This document shows, in pieces, positions 39,991 through 55,260 of a stretch of 64,000 nucleotides of DNA (positions within the stretch are counted from its first letter, which is position 1; each line of letters opens with the position of its first letter). The DNA is from Auanema rhodensis. Lineage: Eukaryota; Animalia; Nematoda. Both the position numbers and the translations under genes were made by a program. A model generated the notes under the pieces. That model ran no database searches. It was not told where the DNA came from and saw only the letters and a list, made by a program, of their open reading frames with translations. The stretch spans positions 3,038,001 through 3,102,000 of the forward strand of contig OZ059898.1 in assembly GCA_964057225.1 (NCBI GenBank). The letters are read 5' to 3'.

Positions 39991-42900
39991 GAAAAAAGAA
40001 ATCTAAAAACATCTACTTTTTGCTAAATTATTTTGAAATTTTCCGAAAAAATTTTTGTCAAAATGTTTTTGGAAGCAATGTTGAGTGTACATGGAAACTC
40101 AACATACACTAATGCATCATTTTTCAAACGATCATAACTAATTTTTGTATTAAGCGTTTTTCAATGTAGTATAGTGCAATCGATGCGGATTTTTAAGCTG
40201 CGTCGATCTGTGTTATCAGATTTGCGCTAGCTTAAAAATGCACCGAGATATCAACTGATATAAGTTCACACTTATATCCTCGATTTTCATCCTGAAGAAT
40301 TAATTTTTTCGTTGAATAACATTGTCCATCGTCTTTGCCTTGAAAAATCGAATCTAAAAACATCTACTTTTCGCTAAATTATTTTGAAATTTTTCGAAAA
40401 AATTTTTGTCAAAATGTTTTTGGAAGCAATGTTGAGTGTACATGGAAACTCAACATACACTAATGCATCATTTTTCAAACGATCATAACTAATTTTTGTA
40501 TTAAGCGTTTTTCAATGTAGTATAGTGCATTCGATGCGGATTTTTAAGCTGCGTCGATCTGTGTTATCAGATTTGCGCTAGCTTAAAAATGCACCGAGAT
40601 ATCAACTGATATAAGTTCACACTTATATCCTCGATTTTCATCCTGAAGAATTAATTTTCTCGTTGAATAACATTGTCCATCGTCTTTGCCTTGAAAAAAG
40701 GAATCTAAAAACATCTACTTTTTGCTAAATTATTTTGAAATTTTCCGAAAAAATTTTTGTCAAAATGTTTTTGGAAGCAATGTTGAGTGTACATGGAAAC
40801 TCAACATACACTAATGCATCATTTTTCAAACGATCATAACTAATTTTTGTATCAAGCTTTTCTCAATGTAGTATAGTGCATTCGATGCGGATTTTTAAGC
40901 TGCGTCGATCTGTGTTATCAGATTTGCGCTAGCTTAAAAATGCACCGAGATATCAACTGATATAAGTTCACACTTATATCCTCGATTTTCATCCTGAAGA
41001 ATTAATTTTCTCGTTGAATAACATTGTCCATCGTCTTTGCCTTGAAAAAAGAAATCTAAAAACATCTACTTTTTGCTAAATTATTTTGAAATTTTCCGAA
41101 AAAATTTTTGTCAAAATGTTTTTGGAAGCAATGTTGAGTGTACATGGAAACTCAACATACACTAATGCATCATTTTTCAAACGATCATAACTAATTTTTG
41201 TATCAAGCGTTTTTCAATGTAGTATAGTGCAATCGATGCGGATTTTTAAGCTGCGTCGATCTGTGTTATCAGATTTGCGCTAGCTTAAAAATGCACCGAG
41301 ATATCAACTGATATAAGTTCACACTTATATCCTCGATTTTCATCCTGAAGAATTAATTTTTTCGTTGAATAACATTGTCCATCGTCTTTGCCTTGAAAAA
41401 TGGAATCTAAAAACATCTACTTTTTGGTAAATTATTTTGAAATTTTTCGAAAAAATTTTTGTCAAAATGTTTTTGGAAGCAATGTTGAGTGTACATGGAA
41501 ACTCAACATACACTAATGCATCATTTTTCAAACGATCATAACTAATTTTTGTATCAAGCGTTTCTCAATGTAGTATAGTGCATTCGATCCGGATTTTTAA
41601 GCTGCGTCGATCTGTGTTATCAGATTTGCGCTAGCTTAAAAATGCACCGAGATATCAACTGATATAAGTTCACACTTATATCCTCGATTTTCATCCTGAA
41701 GAATTAATTTTTTCGTTGAATAACATTGTCCATCGTCTTTGCCTTGAAAAATCGAATCTAAAAACATCTACTTTTCGCTAAATTATTTTGAAATTTTTCG
41801 AAAAAATTTTTGTCAAAATGTTTTTGGAAGCAATGTTGAGTGTACATGGAAACTCAACATACACTAATGCATCATTTTTCAAACGATCATAACTAATTTT
41901 TGTATTAAGCTTTTCTCAATGTAGTATAGTGCATTCGAAGCGGATTTTTAAGCTGCGTCGATCTGTGTTATCAGATTTGCGCTAGCTTAAAAATGCACCG
42001 AGATATCAACTGATATAAGTTCACACTTATATCCTCGATTTTCACCCTGAAGAATTAACTTTTTCGTTGAATAACATTGTCTATCGTCTTTGCCTTGAAA
42101 AATGGAATCTAAAAACATCTACTTTTTGGTAAATTATTTTGAAATTTTTCGAAAAAATTTTTGTCAAAATGTTTTTGGAAGCAATGTTGAGTGTACATGG
42201 AAACTCAACATACACTAATGCATCATTTTTCAAACGATCATAACTAATTTTTGTATTAAGCGTTTTTCAATGTAGTATAGTGCAATCGATGCGGATTTTT
42301 AAGCTGCGTCGATCTGTGTTATCAGATTTGCGCTAGCTTAAAAATGCACCGAGATATCAACTGATATAAGTTCACACTTATATCCTCGATTTTCATCCTG
42401 AAGAATTAATTTTTTCGTTGAATAACATTGTCCATCGTCTTTGCCTTGAAAAATCGAATCTAAAAACATCTACTTTTCGCTAAATTATTTTGAAATTTTT
42501 CGAAAAAATTTTTGTCAAAATGTTTTTGGAAGCAATGTTGAGTGTACATGGAAACTCAACATACACTAATGCATCATTTTTCAAACGATCATAACTAATT
42601 TTTGTATCAAGCGTTTTTTAATGTAGTATAGTGCATTCGATGCGGATTTTTAAGCTGCGTCGATCTGTGTTATCAGATTTGCGCTAGCTTAAAAATGCAC
42701 CGAGATATCAACTGATATAAGTTCACACTTATATCCTCGATTTTCATCCTGAAGAATTAATTTTTTCGTTGAATAACATTGTCCATCGTCTTTGCCTTGA
42801 AAAATGGAAACTAAAAACATCTACTTTTTGCTAAATTATTTTGAAATTTTTCGAAAAAATTTTTGTCAAAATGTTTTTGGAAGCAATGTTGAGTGTACAT

Positions 42901-44919
42901 GGAAACTCAACATACACTAATGCATCATTTTTCAAACGATCATAACTAATTTTTGTATCAAGCTTTTCTCAATGTAGTATAGTGCATTCGATGCGGATTT
43001 TTAAGCTGCGTCGATCTGTGTTATCAGATTTGCGCTAGCTTAAAAATGCACCGAGATATCAACTGATATAAGTTCACACTTATATCCTCGATTTTCATCC
43101 TGAAGAATTAATTTTTTCGTTGAATAACATTGTCCATCGTCTTTGCCTTGAAAAATCGAATCTAAAAACATCTACTTTTTGCTAAATTATTCTGAAATTT
43201 TTCGAAAAAATTTTTGTCAAAATGTTTTTGGAAGCAATGTTGAGTGTACATGGAAACTCAACATACACTAATGCATCATTTTTCAAACGATCATAACTAA
43301 TTTTTGTATCAAGCGTTTTTCAATGTAGTATAGTGCATTCGATGCGGATTTTTAAGCTGCGTCGATCTGTGTTATCAGATTTGCGCTAGCTTAAAAATGC
43401 ACCGAGATATCAACTGATATAAGTTCACACTTATATCCTCGATTTTCACCCTGAAGAATTAACTTTTTCGTTGAATAACATTGTCTATCGTCTTTGCCTT
43501 GAAAAATGGAAACTAAAAACATCTACTTTTTGCTAAATTATTTTGAAATTTTTCGAAAAAATTTTTGTCAAAATGTTTTTGGAAGCAATGTTGAGTGTAC
43601 ATGGAAACTCAACATACACTAATGCATCATTTTTCAAACGATCATAACTAATTTTTGTATCAAGCTTTTCTCAATGTAGTATAGTGCATTCGATGCGGAT
43701 TTTTAAGCTGCGTCGATCTGTGTTATCAGATTTGCGCTAGCTTAAAAATGCACCGAGATATCAACTGATATAAGTTCACACTTATATCCTCGATTTTCAC
43801 CCTGAAGAATTAACTTTTTCGTTGAATAACATTGTCTATCGTCTTTGCCTTGAAAAATGGAATCTAAAAACATCTACTTTTTGCTAAATTATTTTGAAAT
43901 TTTTCGAAAAAATTTTTGTCAAAATGTTTTTGGAAGCAATGTTGAGTGTACATGGAAACTCAACATACACTAATGCATCATTTTTCAAACGATCATAACT
44001 AATTTTTGTATTAAGCTTTTCTCAATGTAGTATAGTGCATTCGATGCGGATTTTCAAGCTGCGTCGATCTGTGTTATCAGATGTGCGCTAGCTTAAAAAT
44101 GCACCGAGATATCAACTGATATAAGTTCACACTTATATCCTCGATTTTCACCCTGAAGAATTAACTTTTTCGTTGAATAACATTGTCTATCGTCTTTGCC
44201 TTGAAAAATGGAATCTAAAAACATCTACTTTTTGGTAAATTATTTTGAAATTTTTCGAAAAAATTTTTGTCAAAATGTTTTTGGAAGCAATGTTGAGTGT
44301 ACATGGAAACTCAACATACACTAATGCTTCATTTTTCAAACGATCATAACTAATTTTTGTATCAAGCGTTTCTCAATGTAGTATAGTGCATTCGATCCGG
44401 ATTTTTAAGCTGCGTCGATCTGTGTTATCAGATTTGCGCTAGCTTAAAAATGCACCGAGATATCAACTGATATAAGTTCACACTTATATCCTCGATTTTC
44501 ATCCTGAAGAATTAATTTTTTCGTTGAATAACATTGTCCATCGTCTTTGCCTTGAAAAATCGAATCTAAAAACATCTACTTTTTGCTAAATTATTTTGAA
44601 ATTTTTCGAAAAAATTTTTGTCAAAATGTTTTTGGAAGCAATGTTGAGTGTACATGGAAACTCAACATACACTAATGCATCATTTTTCAAACGATCATAA
44701 CTAATTTTTGTATCAAGCTTTTCTCAATGTAGTATAGTGCATTCGATGCGGATTTTTAAGCTGCGTCGATCTGTGTTATCAGATTTGCGCTAGCTTAAAA
44801 ATGCACCGAGATATCAACTGATATAAGTTCACACTTATATCCTCGATTTTCACCCTGAAGAATTAACTTTTTCGTTGAATAACATTGTCTATCGTCTTTG
44901 CCTTGAAAAATGGAATCTA

Positions 44920-47520
44920 AAAACATCTACTTTTCGCTAAATTATTTTGAAATTTTTCGAAAAAATTTTTGTCAAAATGTTTTTGGAAGCAATGTTGAGT
45001 GTACATGGAAACTCAACATACACTAATGCATCATTTTTCAAACGATCATAACTAATTTTTGTATTAAGCTTTTCTCAATGTAGTATAGTGCATTCGATGC
45101 GGATTTTTAAGCTGCGTCGATCTGTGTTATCAGATTTGCGCTAGCTTAAAAATGCACCGAGATATCAACTGATATAAGTTCACACTTATATCCTCGATTT
45201 TCACCCTGAAGAATTAACTTTTTCGTTGAATAACATTGTCTATCGTCTTTGCCTTGAAAAATGGAATCTAAAAACATCTACTTTTTGGTAAATTATTTTG
45301 AAATTTTTCGAAAAAATTTTTGTCAAAATGTTTTTGGAAGCAATGTTGAGTGTACATGGAAACTCAACATACACTAATGCATCATTTTTCAAACGATCAT
45401 AACTAATTTTTGTATCAAGCGTTTCTCAATGTAGTATAGTGCATTCGATCCGGATTTTTAAGCTGCGTCGATCTGTGTTATCAGATTTGCGCTAGCTTAA
45501 AAATGCACCGAGATATCAACTGATATAAGTTCACACTTATATCCTCGATTTTCATCCTGAAGAATTAATTTTTTCGTTGAATAACATTGTCCATCGTCTT
45601 TGCCTTGAAAAATCGAATCTAAAAACATCTACTTTTCGCTAAATTATTTTGAAATTTTTCGAAAAAATTTTTGTCAAAATGTTTTTGGAAGCAATGTTGA
45701 GTGTACATGGAAACTCAACATACACTAATGCATCATTTTTCAAACGATCATAACTAATTTTTGTATTAAGCTTTTCTCAATGTAGTATAGTGCATTCGAA
45801 GCGGATTTTTAAGCTGCGTCGATCTGTGTTATCAGATTTGCGCTAGCTTAAAAATGCACCGAGATATCAACTGATATAAGTTCACACATATATCCTCGAT
45901 TTTCACCCTGAAGAATTAACTTTTTCGTTGAATAACATTGTCTATCGTCTTTGCCTTGAAAAATGGAATCTAAAAACATCTACTTTTTGGTAAATTATTT
46001 TGAAATTTTTCGAAAAAATTTTTGTCAAAATGTTTTTGGAAGCAATGTTGAGTGTACATGGAAACTCAACATACACTAATGCATCATTTTTCAAACGATC
46101 ATAACTAATTTTTGTATCAAGCGTTTCTCAATGTAGTATAGTGCATTCGATCCGGATTTTTAAGCTGCGTCGATCTGTGTTATCAGATTTGCGCTAGCTT
46201 AAAAATGCACCGAGATATCAACTGATATAAGTTCACACTTATATCCTCGATTTTCATCCTGAAGAATTAATTTTTTCGTTGAATAACATTGTCCATCGTC
46301 TTTGCCTTGAAAAATCGAATCTAAAAACATCTACTTTTCGCTAAATTATTTTGAAATTTTTCGAAAAAATTTTTGTCAAAATGTTTTTGGAAGCAATGTT
46401 GAGTGTACATGGAAACTCAACATACACTAATGCATCATTTTTCAAACGATCATAACTAATTTTTGTATTAAGCTTTTCTCAATGTAGTATAGTGCATTCG
46501 AAGCGGATTTTTAAGCTGCGTCGATCTGTGTTATCAGATTTGCGCTAGCTTAAAAATGCACCGAGATATCAACTGATATAAGTTCACACTTATATCCTCG
46601 ATTTTCACCCTGAAGAATTAACTTTTTCGTTGAATAACATTGTCTATCGTCTTTGCCTTGAAAAATGGAATCTAAAAACATCTACTTTTTGGTAAATTAT
46701 TTTGAAATTTTTCGAAAAAATTTTTGTCAAAATGTTTTTGGAAGCAATGTTGAGTGTACATGGAAACTCAACATACACTAATGCATCATTTTTCAAACGA
46801 TCATAACTAATTTTTGTATCAAGCGTTTCTCAATGTAGTATAGTGCATTCGATCCGGATTTTTAAGCTGCGTCGATCTGTGTTATCAGATTTGCGCTAGC
46901 TTAAAAATGCACCGAGATATCAACTGATATAAGTTCACACTTATATCCTCGATTTTCATCCTGAAGAATTAATTTTTTCGTTGAATAACATTGTCCATCG
47001 TCTTTGCCTTGAAAAATCGAATCTAAAAACATCTACTTTTCGCTAAATTATTTTGAAATTTTTCGAAAAAATTTTTGTCAAAATGTTTTTGGAAGCAATG
47101 TTGAGTGTACATGGAAACTCAACATACACTAATGCATCATTTTTCAAACGATCATAACTAATTTTTGTATTAAGCTTTTCTCAATGTAGTATAGTGCATT
47201 CGATCCGGATTTTTAAGCTGCGTCGATCTGTGTTATCAGATTTGCGCTAGCTTAAAAATGCACCGAGATATCAACTGATATAAGTTCACACTTATATCCT
47301 CGATTTTCACCCTGAAGAATTAACTTTTTCGTTGAATTACATTGTCTATCGTCTTTGCCTTGAAAAATGGAATCTAAAAACATCTACTTTTTGGTAAATT
47401 ATTTTGAAATTTTTCGAAAAAATTTTTGTCAAAATGTTTTTGGAAGCAATGTTGAGTGTACATGGAAACTCAACATACACTAATGCATCATTTTTCAAAC
47501 GATCATAACTAATTTTTGTA
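44920..47520 (+). repeat. 2-monomer higher-order repeat (702 bp) x~3.5
   Basis: A CGCT/TTAAGCTTTT/AACTTT/CTAT monomer alternates strictly with a GGTA/TCAAGCGTTTCT/GATCC/CATCC/ATCGA monomer. CGAAGCGG occurs at 45800/46502. Confidence 0.85.
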
Positions 47521-47759
47521 TCAAGCTTTTCTCAATGTAGTATAGTGCATTCGATGCGGATTTTTAAGCTGCGTCGATATGTGTTATCAGATTTGCGCTA
47601 GCTTAAAAATGCACCGAGATATCAACTGATATAAGTTCACACTTATATCCTCGATTTTCACCCTGAAGAATTAACTTTTTCGTTGAATAACATTGTCTAT
47701 CGTCTTTGCCTTGAAAAATGGAATCTAAAAACATCTACTTTTTGGTAAACTATTTTGAA

Positions 47760-49895
47760 ATTTTTCGAAAAAATTTTTGTCAAAATGTTTTTGGAAGCAA
47801 TGTTGAGTGTACATGGAAACTCAACATACACTAATGCATCATTTTTCAAACGATCATAACTAATTTTTGTATCAAGCGTTTCTCAATGTAGTATAGTGCA
47901 TTCGATCCGGATTTTTAAGCTGCGTCGATCTGTGTTATCAGATTTGCGCTAGCTTAAAAATGCACCGAGATATCAACTGATATAAGTTCACACTTATATC
48001 CTCGATTTTCACCCTGAAGAATTAATTTTTTCGTTGAATAACATTGTCCATCGTCTTTGCCTTGAAAAAAGGAATCTAAAAACATCTACTTTTTGCTAAA
48101 TTATTTTGAAATTTTCCGAAAAAATTTTTGTCAAAATGTTTTTGGAAGCAATGTTGAGTGTACATGGAAACTCAACATACACTAATGCATCATTTTTCAA
48201 ACGATCATAACTAATTTTTGTATCAAGCGTTTTTCAATGTAGTATAGTGCAATCGATGCGGATTTTTAAACTGCGTCGATCTGTGTTATCAGATTTGCGC
48301 TAGCTTAAAAATGCACCGAGATATCAACTGATATAAGTTCACACTTATATCCTCGATTTTCATCCTGAAGAATTAATTTTTCGTTGAATAACATTGTCCA
48401 TCGTCTTTGCCTTGGAAAATCGAATCTAAAAACATCTACTTTTCGCTAAATTATTTTGAAATTTTTCGAAAAAATTTTTGTCAAAATGTTTTTGGAAGCA
48501 ATGTTGAGTGTACATGGAAACTCAACATACACTAATGCATCATTTTTCAAACGATCATAACTAATTTTTGTATCAAGCGTTTTTCAATGTAGTATAGTGC
48601 ATTCGATGCGGATTTTTAAGCTGCGTCGATCTGTGTTATCAGATTTGCGCTAGCTTAAAAATGCACCGAGATATCAACTGATACAAGTTCACACTTATAT
48701 CCTCGATTTTCACCCTGAAGAAATAATTTTTTCGTTGAATAACATTGTCCATCGTCTTTGCCTTGAAAAAAGGATTTTAAAAACATCTACTTTTTGCTAA
48801 ATTATTTTGAAATTTTTCGAAAAAATTTTTGTCAAAATGTTTTTGGAAGCAATGTTGAGTGTACAAGGAAACTCAACATACACTAATGCATCATTTTTCA
48901 AACGATCATAACTAATTTTTGTATCAAGCGTTTCTCAATGTAGTATAGTGCATTCGATCCGGATTTTTAAGCTGCGTCGATCTGTGTTATCAGATTTGCG
49001 CTAGCTTAAAAATGCACCGAGATATCAACTGATATAAGTTCACACTTATATCCTCGATTTTCACCCTGAAGAATTAATTTTTTCGTTGAATAACATTGTC
49101 CATCGTCTTTGCCTTGAAAAAAGGAATCTAAAAACATCTACTTTTTGCTAAATTATTTTGAAATTTTCCGAAAAAATTTTTGTCAAAATGTTTTTGGAAG
49201 CAATGTTGAGTGTACATGGAAACTCAACATACACTAATGCATCATTTTTCAAACGATCATAACTAATTTTTGTATCAAGCGTTTTTCAATGTAGTATAGT
49301 GCAATCGATGCGGATTTTTAAACTGCGTCGATCTGTGTTATCAGATTTGCGCTAGCTTAAAAATGCACCGAGATATCAACTGATATAAGTTCACACTTAT
49401 ATCCTCGATTTTCATCCTGAAGAATTAATTTTTCGTTGAATAACATTGTCCATCGTCTTTGCCTTGGAAAATCGAATCTAAAAACATCTACTTTTCGCTA
49501 AATTATTTTGAAATTTTTCGAAAAAATTTTTGTCAAAATGTTTTTGGAAGCAATGTTGAGTGTACATGGAAACTCAACATACACTAATGCATCATTTTTC
49601 AAACGATCATAACTAATTTTTGTATCAAGCGTTTTTCAATGTAGTATAGTGCATTCGATGCGGATTTTTAAGCTGCGTCGATCTGTGTTATCAGATTTGC
49701 GCTAGCTTAAAAATGCACCGAGATATCAACTGATACAAGTTCACACTTATATCCTCGATTTTCACCCTGAAGAAATAATTTTTTCGTTGAATAACATTGT
49801 CCATCGTCTTTGCCTTGAAAAAAGGATTTTAAAAACATCTACTTTTTGCTAAATTATTTTGAAATTTTTCGAAAAAATTTTTGTCAAAATGTTTT
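47760..49895 (+). repeat. 3-monomer duplication (1052 bp)
   Basis: TTAAACTG 48270/49322, shared 1-bp T deletion ~48380/49432, CTTGGAAA ~48415/49467, GGATTTT ~48777/49829. Confidence 0.9.
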
Positions 49896-52539
49896 TGGAA
49901 ACAATGTTGAGTGTACATGGAAACTCAACATACACTAATGCATCATTTTTCAAACGATCATAACTAATTTTTGTATCAAGCTTTTCTCAATGTAGTATAG
50001 TGCATTCGATGCGGATTTTTAAGCTGCGTCGATATGTGTTATCAGATTTGCGCTAGCTTAAAAATGCACCGAGATATCAACTGATATAAGTTCACACTTA
50101 TATCCTCGATTTTCACCCTGAAGAATTAACTTTTTCGTTGAATAACATTGTCTATCGTCTTTGCCTTGAAAAATGGAATCTAAAAACATCTACTTTTTGC
50201 TAAATTATTTTGAAATTTTTCGAAAAAATTTTTGTCAAAATGTTTTTGGAAACAATGTTGAGTGTACATGGAAACTCAACATACACTAATGCATCATTTT
50301 TCGAACGATCATAACTAATTTTTGTATCAAGCGTTTTTCAATGTAGTATAGTGCATTCGATGCGGATTTTTAAGCTGCGTCGATCTGTGTTATCAGATTT
50401 GCGCTAGCTTAAAAATGCACCGAGATATCAACTGATACAAGTTCACACTTATATCCTCGATTTTCACCCTGAAGAAATAATTTTTTCGTTGAATAACATT
50501 GTCTATCGTCTTTGCCTTGAAAAATGGAATTTAAAAACATCTACTTTTTGCTAAATTATTTTGAAATTTTTCGAAAAAATTTTTGTCAAAATGTTTTTGG
50601 AAACAATGTTGAGTGTACATGGAAACTCAACATACACTAATGCATCATTTTTCAAACGATCATAACTAATTTTTGTATCAAGCTTTTCTCAATGTAGTAT
50701 AGTGCATTCGATGCGGATTTTTAAGCTGCGTCGATATGTGTTATCAGATTTGCGCTAGCTTAAAAATGCACCGAGATATCAACTGATATAAGTTCACACT
50801 TATATCCTCGATTTTCACCCTGAAGAATTAACTTTTTCGTTGAATAACATTGTCTATCGTCTTTGCCTTGAAAAATGGAATCTAAAAACATCTACTTTTT
50901 GCTAAATTATTTTGAAATTTTTCGAAAAAATTTTTGTCAAAATGTTTTTGGAAGCAATGTTGAGTGTACATGGAAACTCAACATACACTAATGCATCATT
51001 TTTCAAACGATCATAACTAATTTTTGTATTAAGCTTTTCTCAATGTAGTATAGTGCATTCGATGCGGATTTTTAAGCTGCGTCGATCTGTGTTATCAGAT
51101 TTGCGCTAGCTTAAAAATGCACCGAGATATCAACTGATATAAGTTCACACTTATATCCTCGATTTTCACCCTGAAGAATTAACTTTTTCGTTGAATAACA
51201 TTGTCTATCGTCTTTGCCTTGAAAAATGGAATCTAAAAACATCTACTTTTTGGTAAACTATTTTGAAATTTTTCGAAAAAATTTTTGTCAAAATGTTTTT
51301 GGAAGCAATGTTGAGTGTACATGGAAACTCAACATACACTAATGCATCATTTTTCAAACGATCATAACTTATTTTTGTATCAAGCGTTTCTCAATGTAGT
51401 ATAGTGCATTCGATCCGGATTTTTAAGCTGCGTCGATCTGTGTTATCAGATTTGCGCTAGCTTAAAAATGCACCGAGATATCAACTGATATAAGTTCACA
51501 CTTATATCCTCGATTTTCACCCTGAAGAATTAATTTTTTCGTTGAATAACATTGTCCATCGTCTTTGCCTTGAAAAAAGGAATCTAAAAACATCTACTTT
51601 TTGCTAAATTATTTTGAAATTTTCCGAAAAAATTTTTGTCAAAATGTTTTTGGAAGCAATGTTGAGTGTACATGGAAACTCAACATACACTAATGCATCA
51701 TTTTTCAAACGATCATAACTAATTTTTGTATTAAGCTTTTCTCAATGTAGTATAGTGCATTCGATGCGGATTTTTAAGCTGCGTCGATCTGTGTTATCAG
51801 ATTTGCGCTAGCTTAAAAATGCACCGAGATATCAACTGATATAAGTTCACACTTATATCCTCGATTTTCACCCTGAAGAATTAACTTTTTCGTTGAATAA
51901 CATTGTCTATCGTCTTTGCCTTGAAAAATGGAATCTAAAAACATCTACTTTTTGGTAAACTATTTTGAAATTTTTCGAAAAAATTTTTGTCAAAATGTTT
52001 TTGGAAGCAATGTTGAGTGTACATGGAAACTCAACATACACTAATGCATCATTTTTCAAACGATCATAACTAATTTTTGTATCAAGCGTTTCTCAATGTA
52101 TTATAGTGCATTCGATCCGGATTTTTAAGCTGCGTCGATCTGTGTTATCAGATTTGCGCTAGCTTAAAAATGCACCGAGATATCAACTGATATAAGTTCA
52201 CACTTATATCCTCGATTTTCACCCTGAAGAATTAATTTTTTCGTTGAATAACATTGTCCATCGTCTTTGCCTTGAAAAAAGGAATCTAAAAACATCTACT
52301 TTTTGCTAAATTATTTTGAAATTTTCCGAAAAAATTTTTGTCAAAATGTTTTTGGAAGCAATGTTGAGTGTACATGGAAACTCAACATACACTAATGCAT
52401 CATTTTTCAAACGATCATAACTAATTTTTGTATTAAGCGTTTTTCAATGTAGTATAGTGCAATCGATGCGGATTTTTAAACTGCGTCGATCTGTGTTATC
52501 AGATTTGCGCTAGCTTAAAAATGCACCGAGATATCAACT

Positions 52540-55260
52540 GATACAAGTTCACACTTATATCCTCGATTTTCACCCTGAAGAAATAATTTTTTCGTTGAAT
52601 AACATTGTCTATCGTCTTTGCCTTGAAAAATGGAATCTAAAAACATCTACTTTTTGCTAAATTATTTTGAAATTTTTTGAAAAAATTTTTGTCAAAATGT
52701 TTTTGGAAGCAATGTTGAGTGTACATGGAAACTCAACATACACTAATGCATCATTTTTCAAACGATCATAACTAATTTTTGTATCAAGCTTTTCTCAATG
52801 TAGTATAGTGCATTCGATGCGGATTTTTAAGCTGCGTCGATATGTGTTATCAGATTTGCGCTAGCTTAAAAATGCACCGAGATATCAACTGATATAAGTT
52901 CACACTTATATCCTCGATTTTCACCCTGAAGAATTAACTTTTTCGTTGAATAACATTGTCTATCGTCTTTGCCTTGAAAAATGGAATCTAAAAACATCTA
53001 CTTTTTGCTAAATTATTTTGAAATTTTTCGAAAAAATTTTTGTCAAAATGTTTTTGGAAACAATGTTGAGTGTACATGGAAACTCAACATACACTAATGC
53101 ATCATTTTTCAAACGATCATAACTAATTTTTGTATCAAGCGTTTTTCAATGTAGTATAGTGCATTCGATGCGGATTTTTAAGCTGCGTCGATCTGTGTTA
53201 TCAGATTTGCGCTAGCTTAAAAATGCACCGAGATATCAACTGATACAAGTTCACACTTATATCCTCGATTTTCACCCTGAAGAAATAATTTTTTCGTTGA
53301 ATAACATTGTCTATCGTCTTTGCCTTGAAAAATGGAATCTAAAAACATCTACTTTTTGCTAAATTATTTTGAAATTTTTCGAAAAAATTTTTGTCAAAAT
53401 GTTTTTGGAAACAATGTTGAGTGTACATGGAAACTCAACATACACTAATGCATCATTTTTCAAACGATCATAACTAATTTTTGTATCAAGCTTTTCTCAA
53501 TGTAGTATAGTGCATTCGATGCGGATTTTTAAGCTGCGTCGATATGTGTTATCAGATTTGCGCTAGCTTAAAAATGCACCGAGATATCAACTGATATAAG
53601 TTCACACTTATATCCTCGATTTTCACCCTGAAGAATTAACTTTTTCGTTGAATAACATTGTCTATCGTCTTTGCCTTGAAAAATGGAATCTAAAAACATC
53701 TACTTTTTGCTAAATTATTTTGAAATTTTTCGAAAAAATTTTTGTCAAAATGTTTTTGGAAGCAATGTTGAGTGTACATGGAAACTCAATATACACTAAT
53801 GCATCATTTTTCAAACGATCATAACTAATTTTTGTATTAAGCTTTTCTCAATGTAGTATAGTGCATTCGATGCGGATTTTTAAGCTGCGTCGATCTGTGT
53901 TATCAGATTTGCGCTAGCTTAAAAATGCACCGAGATATCAACTGATACAAGTTCACACTTATATCCTCGATTTTCACCCTGAAGAAATAATTTTTTCGTT
54001 GAATAACATTGTCTATCGTCTTTGCCTTGAAAAATGGAATCTAAAAACATCTACTTTTTGCTAAATTATTTTGAAATTTTTCGAAAAAATTTTTGTCAAA
54101 ATGTTTTTGGAAACAATGTTGAGTGTACATGGAAACTCAACATACACTAATGCATCATTTTTCAAACGATCATAACTAATTTTTGTATCAAGCTTTTCTC
54201 AATGTAGTATAGTGCATTCGATGCGGATTTTTAAGCTGCGTCGATATGTGTTATCAGATTTGCGCTAGCTTAAAAATGCACCGAGATATCAACTGATATA
54301 AGTTCACACTTATATCCTCGATTTTCACCCTGAAGAATTAACTTTTTCGTTGAATAACATTGTCTATCGTCTTTGCCTTGAAAAATGGAATCTAAAAACA
54401 TCTACTTTTTGCTAAATTATTTTGAAATTTTTCGAAAAAATTTTTGTCAAAATGTTTTTGGAAACAATGTTGAGTGTACATGGAAACTCAACATACACTA
54501 ATGCATCATTTTTCAAACGATCATAACTAATTTTTGTATCAAGCGTTTTTCAATGTAGTATAGTGCATTCGATGCGGATTTTTAAGCTGCGTCGATCTGT
54601 GTTATCAGATTTGCGCTAGCTTAAAAATGCACCGAGATATCAACTGATACAAGTTCACACTTATATCCTCGATTTTCACCCTGAAGAAATAATTTTTTCG
54701 TTGAATAACATTGTCTATCGTCTTTGCCTTGAAAAATGGAATCTAAAAACATCTACTTTTTGCTAAATTATTTTGAAATTTTTCGAAAAAATTTTTGTCA
54801 AAATGTTTTTGGAAACAATGTTGAGTGTACATGGAAACTCAACATACACTAATGCATCATTTTTCAAACGATCATAACTAATTTTTGTATCAAGCTTTTC
54901 TCAATGTAGTATAGTGCATTCGATGCGGATTTTTAAGCTGCGTCGATATGTGTTATCAGATTTGCGCTAGCTTAAAAATGCACCGAGATATCAACTGATA
55001 TAAGTTCACACTTATATCCTCGATTTTCACCCTGAAGAATTAACTTTTTCGTTGAATAACATTGTCTATCGTCTTTGCCTTGAAAAATGGAATCTAAAAA
55101 CATCTACTTTTTGCTAAATTATTTTGAAATTTTTCGAAAAAATTTTTGTCAAAATGTTTTTGGAAGCAATGTTGAGTGTACATGGAAACTCAACATACAC
55201 TAATGCATCATTTTTCAAACGATCATAACTAATTTTTGTATTAAGCTTTTCTCAATGTAG
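52540..55260 (+). repeat. 2-monomer higher-order repeat (702 bp) x~4
   Basis: GATATGTG at 52842/53544/54246/54948, alternating with GATACA/AAATAA/CTAT monomers. GGAAACAATG at 53411/54113/54815. Confidence 0.85.

Noticed and set aside
15717-41531. Six 63-aa minus-strand ORFs (MKNDALVYVEF...)
   Set aside because: They lie wholly within satellite monomers. They open only when the TTGGTAAA variant removes a TAG stop, together with permissive neighbouring alleles. The K/F/N/I-rich composition mirrors the A/T tracts, and I see no recognisable domain.
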